A DNA stretch of 64,000 nucleotides from an uncultured Acidobacteriota bacterium (GTDB lineage: Bacteria; Acidobacteriota; JAQAZP01): positions 1,504,001-1,568,000 of the forward strand of contig CAWIIB010000001.1 in assembly GCA_963836075.1 (NCBI GenBank), in the 5' to 3' direction. Both the position numbers and the translations under genes were made by a program. A model generated the notes under the pieces. The model worked only from the letters and a program-made list of their open reading frames with translations, was not told the DNA's origin and ran no database searches. How positions within the stretch are numbered: the stretch's first letter is position 1; the number at the start of each line of letters is the position of its first letter. Of the stretch, positions 39,417-49,620 are shown piece after piece.

Positions 39417-42245
39417 TTGATGGTCGACCGTCGAGCAAGAAAATTCCAGCACCGGGTCCTCCGGGACCTGGCGCTGATATTCACTGCCCTGCTCTGCCTC
39501 TCCCTCCTCTCCCCTCCCCTGCCGGCCCAGGAAAATGACGAATGCCTGATGTGCCATGATGACTCGGACTTGACGGGATTCCACGGCGAGGTGGAGTTCC
39601 CGGTCTACGTCGATCCCAAACTGTTCGGCGACTCAGCCCATGCCGACATGGACTGCGTGGACTGCCACATCGACCTGATCGGCATCGACATGGAGCACGA
39701 CGAGGACGTGGAGCCGGTGGACTGCTCCATGTGCCACGACCAGCAGGCCGAACAGCATGCCCTGTCGCTGCACGGCCAGGCGGCAGCCCGGGGCGACGAA
39801 CTGGCCCCTTCCTGCAGCGACTGCCATACCAGCCACCACATTCTCTCTCACCTCGACCCGCAGTCCCCGACCAACAATATCAACATCCCCTTCCTCTGCG
39901 GCAAGTGCCACAGCGAAGGGGCGCCGGTGGCCCGGAACCGCGACATCCCCCAGGACCACATTCTGGCCAACTATTCCATGTCGATCCATGGTGAGGGCAT
40001 ATTCAAGAAGGGGTTGACCGTAACCGCGGTCTGCACCTCGTGCCATACCTCGCACATGATCCTCCCCCACACCGACCGCCGGTCGAGCATCTTTCCCGAC
40101 AACGTGTCCGACACCTGCACCCAGTGTCACGCCCGGATCGAGGAGGTGCACCGCAAGTTCATCGAAGGCGAACTGTGGGAGAAGGAACCGCACAAGATCC
40201 CGGTCTGCGTCGACTGTCACTCTCCGCACAAGATCCGCCGGGTCTTCTACCAGGCCGGTGCGGCGAACAAGGACTGCCTGCGCTGCCACGCGGACGAAAA
40301 CCTGGCCATGGAAAAGGACGGTGAGACCGTTTCCCTGTTCGTTGACGAAGCGGCATACAACGCGGGCAAACACTCCGGGACGGCCTGCGCCCAGTGCCAC
40401 ACCGAGGTTTCCACCTCTCTGGAAAGGCCCTGCGAACCGGTTCGCTCCCTGGTGGACTGCTCGATCTGCCATGCCGACCAGGTCCTGCAGCACTCGAACA
40501 GCATTCACGGCCACCTGGCCGCCCTGGGCGACACAGACGCACCGACCTGTCTCGACTGCCATGACCGACACGCGACAATGGACCACAAACTTCCCAGTTC
40601 GCCCACGTATGCTCGCAACGTGCCCGACCTCTGTGCCCGCTGCCACCGAGATGGCGAAGTCGCTGCAAACCGCATCGCCCCCGACCACCCGGAGCACATC
40701 GTCGGCAGTTACAATATGAGCATCCACGGCAAGGGGCTCATCGAGAGCGGCCTGGTGGTCACCGCCACCTGTATCAACTGCCACACGGCCCACGGCCCCC
40801 TGCCCTCGAGAGACCCGGCGTCCACGGTCCATCCGGACAACATCGCCCACACCTGCGGCACCTGCCACCACGGCATCGAGGAAACCTTCCAGGGCAGTAT
40901 TCACTGGCCGGAGAATGTGGATACCGACAAGGAACTGCCCACCTGCGAGGACTGTCACACATCCCACACCATTTCTCGCACTGACGGCACCGACTTCCGC
41001 ATGCTGATGATGAACCAGTGCGGACGTTGCCACGTGGACGAGACAAACACGTTCTTCGATACCTTCCACGGCAAGGTCTCGCGGCTGGGAGACTCCGGGG
41101 CGGCCAAGTGTTACGACTGTCACGGCACACACAACATCCTGCCCATCACCAACACCGAGAGCACCCTGAGCCGCGAGAACATCGTCGATACCTGCGGAGA
41201 GTGCCACCCCGGCGCGCACCGCCGTTTCGCCGGATACCTGACCCACGCCACGCACCACGACCCGGAAAAATATCCCTTCCTCTTCTGGGCTTTCTGGGGA
41301 ATGACCACCCTGCTGGTGGGCACACTGAGCTTCGCCATGATCCACACCCTGGCCTGGCTCTTCCGGCTCTGGCGCTCCCGCGAGGAGTGGCGGAAGATCC
41401 GCGAACTGCACAAGCCGGGCACGCAGTTCTACAAGCGGTTCACCACCGGTCAGCGGATCAACCATCTGGTGATGCTGCTCAGTTTCTTCACCCTGGCCCT
41501 GACCGGCATGGCGCTCAAGTTTTCCTACATGGGTTGGGCCCAGGCAATCTCCGATACCCTCGGCGGATTCGAAACCATGGGCACGCTGCACCGGATAGGG
41601 GCGGTGGCGCTGATCGTCATTTTCATCTTCCACCTGATGAATGTCTGGACCAAGCGCAAGGAGATGGGAATCTCCTGGCTGAAGTTCATCACCGGCCCCT
41701 ATTCCATGCTTTTCACCAAAACGGACCTCACCGAGTTCATCGCCTCGATCAAATGGTTCCTCGGCATCGGCCCGCGGCCCCGCTACGGCCGGTATACCTA
41801 CTGGGAAAAATTCGACTACTTCGCCGTCTTCTGGGGTGTCTTTATCATCGGGTCCACCGGATTCGTGCTCTGGTTCCCGGAATTCTTCACCCGCCTGCTT
41901 CCCGGCTGGTCGGTGAACGTCGCCACCATTATCCACAGCGACGAAGCGCTGCTGGCCGTGGCCTTTATCTTCACCGTCCACTTCTTCAACACCCACTTCC
42001 GCCCGGACAAATTTCCCATGGACCCGGTGATCTTCACCGGCCGGGTGACCCTCGACGAACTGAAGCACGACAAACCGCGGGAATATGAACAGGCAGTAGC
42101 CGATGGAACCCTTGAATCCCGAATGGCCCACCCCTATCCGAGGCGGGCCGAACGCCTGTTCCGCATCTTCGGTTTCTGTGCCCTGGCCATCGGACTGACC
42201 CTCATCGCCCTGATCACCTACTCCATGCTGTTCGGCTACCGGTAG
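39417..42245 (+). CDS. CbcL-like multiheme cytochrome c (19 CXXCH) fused to a cytochrome b membrane domain
   Basis: 19 CXXCH counted by hand; C-terminal TM domain with RINH, LHR, YWEKFDY, IHSDEA and VHFFN. Confidence 0.88.
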   Translation: MMVDRRARKFQHRVLRDLALIFTALLCLSLLSPPLPAQENDECLMCHDDSDLTGFHGEVEFPVYVDPKLFGDSAHADMDCVDCHIDLIGIDMEHDEDVEPVDCSMCHDQQAEQHALSLHGQAAARGDELAPSCSDCHTSHHILSHLDPQSPTNNINIPFLCGKCHSEGAPVARNRDIPQDHILANYSMSIHGEGIFKKGLTVTAVCTSCHTSHMILPHTDRRSSIFPDNVSDTCTQCHARIEEVHRKFIEGELWEKEPHKIPVCVDCHSPHKIRRVFYQAGAANKDCLRCHADENLAMEKDGETVSLFVDEAAYNAGKHSGTACAQCHTEVSTSLERPCEPVRSLVDCSICHADQVLQHSNSIHGHLAALGDTDAPTCLDCHDRHATMDHKLPSSPTYARNVPDLCARCHRDGEVAANRIAPDHPEHIVGSYNMSIHGKGLIESGLVVTATCINCHTAHGPLPSRDPASTVHPDNIAHTCGTCHHGIEETFQGSIHWPENVDTDKELPTCEDCHTSHTISRTDGTDFRMLMMNQCGRCHVDETNTFFDTFHGKVSRLGDSGAAKCYDCHGTHNILPITNTESTLSRENIVDTCGECHPGAHRRFAGYLTHATHHDPEKYPFLFWAFWGMTTLLVGTLSFAMIHTLAWLFRLWRSREEWRKIRELHKPGTQFYKRFTTGQRINHLVMLLSFFTLALTGMALKFSYMGWAQAISDTLGGFETMGTLHRIGAVALIVIFIFHLMNVWTKRKEMGISWLKFITGPYSMLFTKTDLTEFIASIKWFLGIGPRPRYGRYTYWEKFDYFAVFWGVFIIGSTGFVLWFPEFFTRLLPGWSVNVATIIHSDEALLAVAFIFTVHFFNTHFRPDKFPMDPVIFTGRVTLDELKHDKPREYEQAVADGTLESRMAHPYPRRAERLFRIFGFCALAIGLTLIALITYSMLFGYR

Positions 42246-42254
42246 TGGATCGAA

Positions 42255-42289
42255 TGTCACTTTTTGGTGTCAGGCACCAAAAAGTGACA
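42255..42289. repeat. REP-like perfect 15-bp inverted repeat at the RAYT 3' end
   Basis: TGTCACTTTTTGGTG-tcagg-CACCAAAAAGTGACA. Confidence 0.75.
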
Positions 42290-42326
42290 AAATCCTCAAA
42301 ACTGTCATCGGGTGAGAGACTGTCCT

Positions 42327-43202
42327 CTAGTGTTCATCGCCTTTCAGTGTTGTCCTCCCGTTGTGCGGCACCGAATCACGGACAGTCCGGCTCACCGTTC
42401 TGGGATGGACGTTGAAATGGCGGGCAATTTCTTTCATCGTGTATCCGCCGGATGAATAGGCTTCGAGAATTGCAGCTCGGGACGAAATGGCCTTCCGATC
42501 AATCTCCTCAAGTGACGGCGATACATACTTCCTCAGGGCCAGCACCGCGTCAGCATTCTCTTCGATCTCTGAAAGTTGGCGTGACAGATTTCTCACGAAT
42601 GTATCGCAACCCAGAACAAAGCCACCCCTCAGGTTCTTCCAGACAGAGGGGCGGTCAATTCCTGAAGCGACAAAGTCGATGAACAGCTCCCGTGCACGAT
42701 TCAAATCCTCATGGAACTGCCCAAGAATCCACTTTGTCTCAAGCCATGGAGGAGTTGGGGATAAACCGATCATTTGGGGGTAGCTGCTCCATGGCCAGTC
42801 CTCGACATTTTGTACCATGTTCACCCGTACCGGATTCAGTGGGACGTAGCGGGCCAACTCGAGCAGGTAGGACTCCTTTTCAACAAGTATTGACTTGAAG
42901 CGGTCCTGAAAAAGGTGGCCCACAAGACCGTATCTCCGATTGAAAGCCTGGGCATAAATGCCATTCAAATCCCTCATACCCTCTGACAGATTCGGCTGAG
43001 GTGTCTCCAGTAAAAGGTGGTAGTGGTTGCCCATCAGACAATAGGAGTGACAAATCCATCCCTTCCGGCAGCACACTTTGGATAGAATCGACAGCCACAG
43101 TCTTCGGTCATCGTTGTCAACATAGATATCCTCTTTCCTATCCCCCCTGGAGGTAATATGAAAAACGCCGCCAGCCATCTCCAGCCTCAACGATCTAGCC
43201 AT
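42327..43202 (-). mobile_element. REP-associated tyrosine transposase (RAYT, Y1 HUH) with C-terminal HTH
   Basis: MARxLR, FHITSRG, YCLMGNHYHLL, GHLFQDRFKS, YVPLNPVR, WPWSSY and TMKEIARHF...TVSR motifs; lower GC than the flanks. Confidence 0.88.
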
Positions 43203-43224
43203 ACGTTCAATTTAGTATTATTTT

Positions 43225-43248
43225 TGTCACTTTTCAAGACCTGACCCC
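43225..43248. repeat. RAYT 5'-end motif TGTCACTTTT-CAAGACCTGACCCC
   Basis: Shares TGTCACTTTT with the 42255 hairpin arm, and CCTGAC with the reverse complement of its loop region. Confidence 0.55.
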
Positions 43249-43265
43249 AAAAACGGACAAGAAGA

Positions 43266-43294
43266 GCCCGGTCGGGGAGGATCCCCGACCGGGC
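43266..43294 (-). terminator. Terminator of the decaheme-porin operon
   Basis: GCCCGGTCGGGG...CCCCGACCGGGC stem followed by TCTTCTTGT on the minus strand. It lies directly after the stop at 43308, not after the UGA at 43734. Confidence 0.7.
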
Positions 43295-43307
43295 ATAGAT
43301 GAAGAGA

Positions 43308-45449
43308 TTAGAAGAGGAACGAGAGGCCGGCGTTGATGACCCAGAGGTCGCCGGACTCGTCGAACAGATAGGGTTCGTTGTCTGTATACACCCGGTAAGC
43401 TCCGCCCAGTTGCAGGCCGACCATTTGGGTGAACTGGTAAGAACCGTTGAGGGTGATGTCGAACTGGTCGATATCCAGGTCCGAATAGCTGTTGACCCGA
43501 GTGAAGTCGTAGTAGCCAATGCCCGGCTGGCCATTGGGGGGGGTCGGATAGTTGACCTGGTCGTAGGAAGCGGTGCTGTCGGTGTAGGCGAGATTGAAGA
43601 AGATGTTCGTCTTCTCGCCGGGCGTCATGTTGAGGCCGACGGTTAAGGTGTCCCCCGTGGTCTCGTATTCTACCGAGTCTTTGATGCATCCGTAATGATC
43701 GAGATGTCCATCCAGGACTTCTATGAAGCCCGCTCACCCATCCATGACGGGTATGCTGAACAGCGTATCCGTCTCCTCCTCTATGTGCAGGTAACCCGCA
43801 GTGAGAACGGCCTTGTTGTTCAAGGCCAGGGTGTACGTAAGGCCGGGCTGGAACAGTGTTCTGCTCCAGTCGGCATAGGTCAGATCATCGTTTTTCTCGT
43901 CTGACCAGCGAATGTTGCCCGAAAGAGTGCTCCGGGCACTGAGGGACCAGGAGGCGGTCCACCGCAGTTGGTTGACGTTGTTCGGCTGGGCACCCACATC
44001 ACCGGTGCGGAACTGTCTCCGCATCCAGTACTGCCGGTACGCCGGATCATCGATATCCGACTCGCAGACCGCGTTGGGCGATGCAAAGGGATTGTCGATG
44101 TCGTCATGCTTCAGCGTCAGCCGGGTGCGGAATTTCCGGGTCGGCCTGAGGTTGACAGTGGCAAAAATCCGAATGGCATCGGTCCGCGTCTCGCCGTCAG
44201 CGACCTCGTAGTGCTCGCGGTCGGTGCTTTTCCACTCCAACCCGCCCCTGATGTTCATCTTGCTCGATGAGCGGTAGGAGAGGTCGGCGCCGGCCGTGGT
44301 CACGTCACGGTTGAGTGAAGACTGGCGCAGCCAGTCGAAATCGCCACCCCAGCGGGACTCGTAGGCCTCGCTGTTCTCTACATCAATAAAGATGTCATCG
44401 TTGTCGATGGCCTGGTGACGGATTTTCATGTTGAAGCGCCACTTGTTTTTCACGCCAAACTTGTCGGTGTACCTGGCCTGGAACCCGTTGCTGTCCGTAT
44501 TCAGGCCAGTCCACTGGTTCTGCACCGAAGCGAAGATCGCCGAAGTCACCAGGGAAGCGTTGCTCGGCAGGTCGAACTTGGCACGCACCTTGTGCGAGTC
44601 CTTGTCCACGTCGGGGATCAGGCCCACTTCACGTGTCTCGTCCTCGAACTGCAGCCGCGCATTGAAGATCACGCCGTAGTTGACGTCCTCACCGGTGGCC
44701 GGATCGTTCCAGATCTCGCCGCGCACCGGGTGCATGGCGTTGTCGTAATACCGGGTGGGAGTGGACCCACCGTCGGAGAAGGCGCGGGTGAGATACTTGT
44801 AGTCCATGGTCATCACGCCGGCGCGGAGCGTGGCCCCGGCCGTCAGATCACGGGTGGATTCGTCCACCTCGCGCCCCACGCCTTCCACGTGGCAGTTGCC
44901 GCAGTGGGAGACGCTCAGCTGCTGCCGGTGTCCCTGCCGCGACTGATCGCGATAACCGAAGTTGAAAGTCAAGTTGGGCATGGCGGGAATGGCCAGGTCA
45001 ATGTCCGCATGCTGATCGGTGTATGCGATCACATAATCAGCGTCCACCTCGAGATTCTCGTAGGTGTTCATCTTGCCGCCCATCTTGGAATCGATGTTGG
45101 TCAACGGGTCGTTCAACAGCCAGTGCGGCATTTTGTGGAACGAGTAGCTGGCCTGCAGAATGCGCCGGAAATCGAGAGAGGCGCTGTAATCCTGGTCCAT
45201 GGTGTCGTAGGGCCGGGCATACAAATTCCAGTAGAAGCCGTCGGTAGCGCCTTCCAGCTTCACCTCGCCGTCCATCCGACCGTCCTCGGATACCTGCTCG
45301 TACTCGCTGACCTTGCCGCCGTAATCGTTGATATCGCCGATGTGACCGCCTACGGTCACTTCGCCCTCGAAGCTCTCCTCACCCTCCGCCAGTGCAGGGG
45401 GGGCGGCGAGCAGCAGCAGGGCGAGGCTGATGTATAACAGCTTTTTCAT
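43308..45449 (-). CDS. MtrB/PioB-like outer-membrane porin with CXXCH and in-frame UGA (probable selenocysteine); resembles the GSU2204-type (seleno)protein family
   Basis: ORFs 43734..45449 and 43308..43628 are in the same frame, separated only by TGA (43736-43734) and 35 open codons. The joined 713-aa protein ends in the barrel motif INAGLSFLF and contains SHCGNCH. Confidence 0.85.
43702..43722 (-). promoter_or_regulatory. Candidate bacterial SECIS element
   Basis: AGAaGUCC-UGGAU-GGACaUCU hairpin 12-32 nt downstream of the UGA; the loop starts at +20 with G at loop position 2. Confidence 0.65.
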
Positions 45450-45465
45450 TTCACCCTCCTTTTGC

Positions 45466-46470
45466 TCACCGGGTCAGACCACGGCCGCCGCCAGTGATCG
45501 ACTGGCTGGGCAGGTCCGAACCGTGCACCTGCGAATGACACTGGGTGCATTTGGTGAGGAACGTCATCTTGGGCGCGTCCATGGAGGACGTGCCTTCACG
45601 GCCGTAGATGGTGGTGAAGTCGCCTTCGTCACCAGCCAGCCCCGCGTGGAAGTGCATGTCGTGGCACTGCAGGCAGAGGAACGGCTCGTTCTGGATCAGC
45701 AGGTTGTTGGCCACGCTGCCGTGGGCCTCGTGGCAGATGTCGCACGATTCGAGGACCGGCTCGTGCTCGAAGATGAACGGGCCCTGATACCGCGAATGGC
45801 AGTCGAGACACATGTCGGTGAGCCGCTCGTCGGTGGCCAGCAGCGGGTCCTCGATGGAACCGTGGACCTGGTGGCAGTCGCCGCAGCCCATCCGGCCTTC
45901 CGGGATCGGGTGGTGGGACGGCAGCAGCGTCATGCTCTGCTGTTCCTGGTGACACCCGTAACAGAGTTCGGGGTCATTCTTGACCAGCAGGTGTTCGGCC
46001 TGTGCCGAATGAATTTCGTGACATTCCATGCAGCCCACATCGCTCATGTCGTGAGTCGATCCGGACCAGTGCATCTGACCGCCATCGGTGTGGCATTTGA
46101 GGCATAGCGCCGAACCTTCAGCAGCAGCCAGTTCCTCGGGTCTCAGTATGTCCTTGGCGTCCTCGCTGTCGACGTGAAGACTTCCCGCCCCGTGGCAGGT
46201 CTCACAGTTCATTTCGAACCCGGTGGGACCGGTTTCGAATTCGGCCAGCCGGCCGTGAACCGTCGCCGCCATGGAGGCCAGGCTTTCCTCGTGGCACATG
46301 ACACAGGTCTCCTGCCCCACGAGTTCGGCGCCACTCACCACCGGCGCTTGCACGATCCGCGCCCGGGTCGGGTTTCCCGGGCCGCAACCCGGGAGCCAGA
46401 GTGCGAGAGTTGCCAGGACAACAACCGAGAGGAGCAGGACCGGAATCCTTCTATTCCCCTCCACTTTCAT
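45466..46470 (-). CDS. DmsE/MtrA/PioA-family decaheme cytochrome c, with lipobox
   Basis: Ten CXXCH, GPFIFEHEP, C-terminal CHSQVHGSDLPS and lipobox LPGC; 16 bp upstream of the porin gene. Confidence 0.9.
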   Translation of the reverse strand: MKVEGNRRIPVLLLSVVVLATLALWLPGCGPGNPTRARIVQAPVVSGAELVGQETCVMCHEESLASMAATVHGRLAEFETGPTGFEMNCETCHGAGSLHVDSEDAKDILRPEELAAAEGSALCLKCHTDGGQMHWSGSTHDMSDVGCMECHEIHSAQAEHLLVKNDPELCYGCHQEQQSMTLLPSHHPIPEGRMGCGDCHQVHGSIEDPLLATDERLTDMCLDCHSRYQGPFIFEHEPVLESCDICHEAHGSVANNLLIQNEPFLCLQCHDMHFHAGLAGDEGDFTTIYGREGTSSMDAPKMTFLTKCTQCHSQVHGSDLPSQSITGGGRGLTR

Positions 46471-46613
46471 TCCTCCTCTGAACCAACAAAGATATTTTGA
46501 TAGTGTTATGATTTTTTATCAGTGGCCGGCTTCTCCTTTCCCCTCTTTTGCCAGGCCTGCAATTGAAAACCCAGTCGTCGGAACCGCCGGGCCTGGGCCC
46601 GGCCGCTCCGCGT

Positions 46614-46979
46614 CTAATCGCCTTGTTCCAACGGATTGTCAAAGTCACCCAGATCCATAACTTCCACGTGGTCGTGGCAGGTCTCCCGGACCACGCGGGC
46701 CATAATGTGTATCGCCTCCATGACCAGGGGGTTGGCAATCCCATAGAGCAACTGGCGGCCGTTGCGCCGGCTGCGGATGATACTTGCTTGCTTGAGGATG
46801 TTCAGGTGCTGGGAAAGGCTCGATCCTGAAAAACCGACCTTTTCCCCCAGTTCGCCCACCGGCATCTCACCGGCTTCCAGCGTGTAGAGGATGTGCAGGC
46901 GTCGGGGATGGGAGATTGACCGGCAGACCTGGGAGTGGAGATCAAAGTACTGTCGAAGCTGCTTTGATTTGTCAGCCAT
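46614..46979 (-). CDS. ArsR/SmtB family transcriptional regulator
   Basis: SHPRRLHIL...LSQHLNILKQA...RRNG winged helix-turn-helix. Confidence 0.88.
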   Translation of the reverse strand: MADKSKQLRQYFDLHSQVCRSISHPRRLHILYTLEAGEMPVGELGEKVGFSGSSLSQHLNILKQASIIRSRRNGRQLLYGIANPLVMEAIHIMARVVRETCHDHVEVMDLGDFDNPLEQGD

Positions 46980-46984
46980 GCTTC

Positions 46985-47059
46985 ATCATTTCGTGAATTA
47001 ATAGTTGCGTAGTGCTTTAATTCAACGAATGATATATGACAAAACCATGACAAAGTCAA
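46985..47059 (-). promoter_or_regulatory. arsR promoter/operator region
   Basis: TTGACT -35 on the minus strand; imperfect inverted repeat at 46985-47001/47017-47033; TTGTCAT-N4-TTGTCAT direct repeat. Confidence 0.6.
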
Positions 47060-47192
47060 CGGGATCAGAGCCCCGATCCATACAGATAATTCCTATAGAA
47101 TCAGTAGGATATAAGATTCAACCGATTCATCGAAAAGCATTTATTCGAATCCAGCTTCCTCGGCAAAGCTCAGGAACTTCCCCGAAATTTTG

Positions 47193-49196
47193 CTATTCCT
47201 CGGGTAACGAATCCGGCTCGCTGCCGGGGACCACGTCCTCCAGCTGCTTGCGCAGACGTTCCTCGGTCACTTTTCGCGCTTCATCCACGTGCTCGGGGTG
47301 TTCGTGGCGATACATCTCCTCGGGCATCAGCCCGGTGATCCAGCTGGGATTCATCGGGTAGACCGCCGGATTGAAGACCGTGGAATAGAGGTGCCAGACA
47401 AGGATGGCCAGCGATGCCAGCCAGGCCTCCCAGAAGTGGATCACCAGCGCCACGTCGAGAAATCCCTTGGGCAGGAAACCGATGAACCAGTTGTCGAACC
47501 AGAGCAGCAGCCCGGTGACCACCATCACCGCCGTGCCCCAGACCAGCGCCCAGTATTCAGCCTTTTCCACATAGCTGAAGCGGTGGAATCGGGGAGACTC
47601 CTTCCGCCGGCCGATGCAGTAGAGGATGCGCTGCCAGAACTGGGTAAAATCCTTAGGCAACGGCATCATGTCTTTGATGAACTCCCGTCCGCGGCGGCTG
47701 GTGGTGAGGTAGAGCAGGTGCCAGACCACGGTGAGACTGAAAATCACCGCGGCGATCCGGTGCACCAGCCCGCGCATTTCGAAGCCCCCTTCCCAGCCGA
47801 AAAAGACCTTGGCCAAGAAACTCTCGTCATAGGTCAGGGCAAACCCGGAGACCACCAGGGTGATAAAGCTGATCATCAGGATAGTGTGCTGCCAGACCTC
47901 GTTGAGCCGCATCCGCCGCACCTGGGGACGCCGGTTCATCATCAGTTTGATGTGCCGCCCCAGGTCGATCAGCCAGTGCAGCACCATCAGGCCGATGATC
48001 ACCACGATGGCGATGATGTATACCTTCTCAACCAGGTCGGCCAGCGGCGTGCGCAGACCTTCACCGGTGACCCCGTGAATCGGCATGGCCGCCATCTTCT
48101 CCGAGATCCCGGGGTGGCAGTCACCGCAGGTGTGCTGGAGGTTCGCCGGATGTACCGTGGAGGAGGGGTTGGAACTGGGCAGGATGCGGTGGACCCCGTG
48201 GCACGACGCACAGTTGGCCACGTGGGTATCGCCGGCCTTGCTCTTCAAACCGTGGTAACTGTCAATGAACGTCGCCAGCCGGCCGGACTGCAGCCCGTAT
48301 TTTTCGTTGAGTACCGCCGACTCGTGGCACGGCGAACAGGTTTCCTCGGCCAGCCGGGCGCTGGATACCGGGGACCGCGGGTCGTCGGGCGAGATGATCC
48401 CGTGCTCACCGTGGCAGTTGGTGCAGACCGGTGCGTCGGTTTCGCCCCGCTCCACCAGGTGGCCGTGGATCCCCTCCATGAAATCGCTCTCCACCCCCCT
48501 GTGGCACTTGCCGCAGGTCTGGGGGATGTTGAAGTGGTTGATCGCCGAGTCCGCGTGCCCGGGAGCCAGAATCTTGTGCGCCGTGCCGCCGCTGGAATGG
48601 CAGTCGTTACAGGTGGCCGCCACGTATACTCCGCCCTTGGCTGCCATGCCATGAACGCTGCCCTGGTAAATGGCGATCGGTTTGTCGATCAGGATCTCAT
48701 ATTTCTTGGTGAGATCAAGGTCTTCGTGGCACCTGCCGCAGGTCCCGGGAAGATTCACCGGATGGGTTTTGGAAAGTTTGACGCTGGAGGGCAGGATGTC
48801 GTGGTCGCCGTGGCAGTCCTTGCACTGCGGCATGTCCTCACAGGATCCTATTGCTGCCCGGCCGTGGGCCTGGTACTGTTCACCGGCATCCTCATGACAC
48901 ATCCGGCAGCCTTCACATCCCACCACAAAGTCGGACGTCTCGTCATGCGGGGTCATGTCCTTGTCGATGTGACAGTCGAGGCACTCGAAGTCCCGGTGGA
49001 TCGAATGCGAGAGATCCTCCCCGAAGTCGGTGCCATGGCTGCTCTCCTCGTGGCACATCACGCAGTCCTCGCTGGTGATCGGCTCGGCATCTTCATCCTG
49101 GGCCTGCAGGCCAACGCCAAAGAAGAGGGGCAGGATAAGGACCAGCACCAACAGTGCGAAATTCGTGTTCCAGACAGTGCTACGGCAGCAGCTCAT
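47193..49196 (-). CDS. Second CbcL-like multiheme cytochrome c (11 CXXCH) with cytochrome b domain
   Basis: 11 CXXCH; WQH, VHRIAA, SYVEKAEYWA, IHFWEA and VWHLY TM motifs. Confidence 0.88.
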   Translation of the reverse strand: MSCCRSTVWNTNFALLVLVLILPLFFGVGLQAQDEDAEPITSEDCVMCHEESSHGTDFGEDLSHSIHRDFECLDCHIDKDMTPHDETSDFVVGCEGCRMCHEDAGEQYQAHGRAAIGSCEDMPQCKDCHGDHDILPSSVKLSKTHPVNLPGTCGRCHEDLDLTKKYEILIDKPIAIYQGSVHGMAAKGGVYVAATCNDCHSSGGTAHKILAPGHADSAINHFNIPQTCGKCHRGVESDFMEGIHGHLVERGETDAPVCTNCHGEHGIISPDDPRSPVSSARLAEETCSPCHESAVLNEKYGLQSGRLATFIDSYHGLKSKAGDTHVANCASCHGVHRILPSSNPSSTVHPANLQHTCGDCHPGISEKMAAMPIHGVTGEGLRTPLADLVEKVYIIAIVVIIGLMVLHWLIDLGRHIKLMMNRRPQVRRMRLNEVWQHTILMISFITLVVSGFALTYDESFLAKVFFGWEGGFEMRGLVHRIAAVIFSLTVVWHLLYLTTSRRGREFIKDMMPLPKDFTQFWQRILYCIGRRKESPRFHRFSYVEKAEYWALVWGTAVMVVTGLLLWFDNWFIGFLPKGFLDVALVIHFWEAWLASLAILVWHLYSTVFNPAVYPMNPSWITGLMPEEMYRHEHPEHVDEARKVTEERLRKQLEDVVPGSEPDSLPEE

Positions 49197-49620
49197 AAGG
49201 ATGACCTCCAGACGTCCGGTTCAATATCGCGCCACATGCCGGCGCTGGGCAAAAAAGCCCGGTAACGACAGGCGGAACCGACAAAAATCGAGAATTCCGA
49301 TTGGATGCGTGGGATTTTCGGCCTTGCCGGTGGACCGAACGAGGATCGGCCGCATGATGGCAAGAAAAAGTCGCTCATGACCTGCTTATATCATTGGAAC
49401 CCATGATTCGCAAAATCACGAACCATCCACGGCAATGAAAAATCGAGAATCGGTCAAGGAAGCCCTGATTTGACGACACACGCCCGATTCACTATCCTGA
49501 CCTCACAGTGCGCCGGCAATACCGGTTTCGCGCGAACAACTGCATCTCGCATTTGTATATCCAGTTTCAAGTTTCCGGTATTCATCACAACGAACCGGAC
49601 GGCAGTCAGGAGGTAGACCA

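Noticed and set aside
42327-43202. IS200/IS605 element with TnpB
   Set aside because: There is no tnpB, and the length, motifs and C-terminal HTH match RAYT-type proteins.
43308-43628. Separate 106-aa gene, or pseudogenised porin
   Set aside because: It has no signal peptide or clear RBS, is in frame with the upstream porin across a single UGA with a SECIS-like hairpin, and shows no other decay.
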